A DNA stretch of 64,000 nucleotides, from NCBI GenBank assembly GCA_001801685.1, contig MGYJ01000031.1:7909-71908 (forward strand), read 5' to 3'. The translations under genes and the position numbers were made by a program. Below the pieces are notes generated by a model. That model saw nothing but the letters and a program-made list of their open reading frames with translations, searched no databases and was not told the DNA's origin. Of the stretch, positions 62,027 through 64,000 are shown in pieces (the first letter of the stretch is position 1; each line of letters opens with the position of its first letter). The stretch comes from Gammaproteobacteria bacterium RIFCSPHIGHO2_12_FULL_63_22. GTDB lineage: Bacteria > Pseudomonadota > Gammaproteobacteria > Xanthomonadales > Xanthomonadaceae.

Positions 62027-63805
62027 TCAGAACGGAAAGAAAGTCGGGATGAGATAGACCGCCACGGCCCAGAACAGCAGGTTCAGCGGGATGCCCATGC
62101 GCATGAAGTCCTTGAATCGGTAATTGCCGGCGTTGTAGACCATCAGGTTGGTCTGGTAGCCCACCGGCGTGGAGAAACTGGTCGACGCCGCGAACAACAC
62201 CGCCACCAGGAACGGCGTCGGACTCACGCCGATGGACAGCGCGGCCGAGAAGGCGATCGGCGTGATCAGCACGGCCGCGGCATTGTTGCTCATGATCTCG
62301 GTCAGCACCGCGGTCAACAGGTAAACCGCCGCGAGCATCGCCAATGGTCCAAAACCGCCGACGGTGAGCACCGCGACGTCGGCCAGGCCCTGCGCGAGCC
62401 CGGATTTCTGCATGGCGATGCCCAGTGGCAGCACGCCGGCCAGCAGAACGATCACCCGCCAGTCCACGGCCTGGTAGGCCTGCTCGTTGCCGATGCAGCG
62501 AGTGACCACCAGGGCGATGCCGCCAAGGATGGCCGCCGCGACAATCGGCAACAGGCCGAAGCCGGCGATCGCGACCGCAACCGCAACGATGGCCACGGCG
62601 AGCAGTGCGCGCCCCTTCGGCTGTTTGGATTCCTCTCGCTCGTTCAGCACGATCAGGCGTTCGTTCGCGCGCAGCGACTCCAGCCCGTCACGCGGCGTAA
62701 GCAGGAGCAGCACGTCGCCGACATTCAGGCTCAGGTCGCGCAGGCGTTCGCGCAGGACTTCGCCACGCCGGTGGACGGCCAGCACGGTGGCGTTGTGCGC
62801 ATGCCTGATATCGAGGTCGTCCAGGGTGTGCCCGGCCGTGCGCGCGCCCGGCGCAACCATCACTTCCACCAGCATGTGTGCCTGCTCGCCATCCTTGTCC
62901 GACAGGTCGCTGTCGCTGAGGTGGAACTCGGGGCGCACTTCCAGCTTCGCGGCTTCCTTCAACGCCACCAGGCGGTTCCATTCGCCACGCACCAGCAGCA
63001 CGTCGCCCTCCCGCAGTTCCTCGTTGCGCGGCGACCACATCTTTTCCTGGTCGCGGATCAGTTCCAGAACATCAATGGAATATCTTTGCGGAAACTCCCC
63101 CTTGGCCACCGTCTTGCCGATCAGCGGCGAGCCAGCCAGCAACCGCAATTCGGTGATGTATTTGCCAAGCTGATAGGTTTCGGTGAGCGGTGTCGGCGGG
63201 TGATGCGGCAACAGCCAGCGCCGCGCCAGCATCATGTATACGAAGCCGATGCCCATCATGACCAGGCCCAGCGGCGTGAAGTCGAACAGGCCGAAGCCCG
63301 GGTGGCCCAGGTCCTTGGCCAGCGAATTCACCAACAGGTTGGTTGACGTGCCGATCAAGGTGCAGACGCCGCCCATCTGCGCGGCATAGGACATCGGGAT
63401 CAGCACCTGCGAGGGCGAATGGCCGTTGCTGGCGGTGGCCGCCAGCACCATCGGCAGGAATACCGCCACGGCTGCCGTGTTGTTGATGAACGCCGAAATC
63501 AATCCGACCACGATCATCAGCAACAACAGGAACAGCCAGCGCCAACGCACTCGCGCGAACAAGTGGCCGAGCCAGTGCAGCGCGCCGGTATGCGCCAGGC
63601 CGGCGCTGAGCACGAACATCGCCGCCACGGTAATGGTGGCCTCGTTGCTGAAGCCCGACAGCGCCTCGCTGGGCGAGACGATGCCCAGTACCAGCAAGCT
63701 GGCCAGCACCAGCATCGCAACCACGTCCATCGGCAGTTTTTCGCTGACGAACAGGGCCATCGCGGCGAACAGGATCAGCAGTGTCAGCAGTGCGTCCATG
63801 CTCAT
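62027..63805 (-). CDS. SLC13/DASS permease with TrkA-C domains
   Basis: SAFINNT, TLIGTSTN, SNNA, TPVGYQTN and central cytoplasmic repeats. Confidence 0.9.
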   Translation of the reverse strand: MSMDALLTLLILFAAMALFVSEKLPMDVVAMLVLASLLVLGIVSPSEALSGFSNEATITVAAMFVLSAGLAHTGALHWLGHLFARVRWRWLFLLLLMIVVGLISAFINNTAAVAVFLPMVLAATASNGHSPSQVLIPMSYAAQMGGVCTLIGTSTNLLVNSLAKDLGHPGFGLFDFTPLGLVMMGIGFVYMMLARRWLLPHHPPTPLTETYQLGKYITELRLLAGSPLIGKTVAKGEFPQRYSIDVLELIRDQEKMWSPRNEELREGDVLLVRGEWNRLVALKEAAKLEVRPEFHLSDSDLSDKDGEQAHMLVEVMVAPGARTAGHTLDDLDIRHAHNATVLAVHRRGEVLRERLRDLSLNVGDVLLLLTPRDGLESLRANERLIVLNEREESKQPKGRALLAVAIVAVAVAIAGFGLLPIVAAAILGGIALVVTRCIGNEQAYQAVDWRVIVLLAGVLPLGIAMQKSGLAQGLADVAVLTVGGFGPLAMLAAVYLLTAVLTEIMSNNAAAVLITPIAFSAALSIGVSPTPFLVAVLFAASTSFSTPVGYQTNLMVYNAGNYRFKDFMRMGIPLNLLFWAVAVYLIPTFFPF

Positions 63806-64000
63806 GGGGCGCCATCCTTGCGTGGGAATGGTGCGCCGAAGCGCAATGGCGCGGAATCCGGGTCGTGGCCCGAGAATGCGGCGAACTGCGGCGCGCTTTC
63901 TGCGCTGCTATCAGCTTTTTCGATGCGAACGCGCAAGTCGAACCACGCCGCCTGGCCGGTGACGGGATCGGCATTGGCGTAGTCACCACGCGGAGTGATG
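63802..64000 (-). CDS. 3' end of a molybdopterin oxidoreductase (SoeA-like), partial
   Basis: Hand translation gives ANADPVTGQAAWFDLRVRIEK; TGA overlaps the permease ATG; not in the ORF track. Confidence 0.75.
   Translation of the reverse strand, partial: ITPRGDYANADPVTGQAAWFDLRVRIEKADSSAESAPQFAAFSGHDPDSAPLRFGAPFPRKDGAP

Overview
High-GC gammaproteobacterial chromosome segment; the gene order (topA-smg-dprA-lysM / def-fmt-rsmB, dtd-rpoD, algZ-algR-hemC) suggests a Xanthomonadales-like host. Housekeeping genes occupy about 1-28 kb and 46.5-64 kb. Between them an ~18.2 kb integrative island is inserted at the 3' end of a tRNA-Ile2(CAT) gene and is bounded by a 16-bp direct repeat (28254-28269 / 46489-46504). 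The island has a capsid-less satellite-like core (P4-type integrase, AlpA, AAA_25 helicase containing an iteron-like array). Its cargo is defence-type: a Dsr1-like sirtuin split into two overlapping ORFs, a type I restriction-modification system whose HsdR carries four Cys-rich repeats, and a tightly coupled hicA-hicB(extended C-terminus)-secB-like-yegP operon. That operon is a candidate toxin-antitoxin-chaperone system with a possible fourth component and is the best candidate for an undescribed system. Outside the island: a 409-bp nested inverted-repeat element, a candidate sRNA with twin CUCCCCU loops, an exported amino-acid oxidase/cytochrome c/Rid cluster, and a soeABC-like operon interrupted by an SLC13 permease. 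All family names come from motifs recognised by eye, not from database searches.
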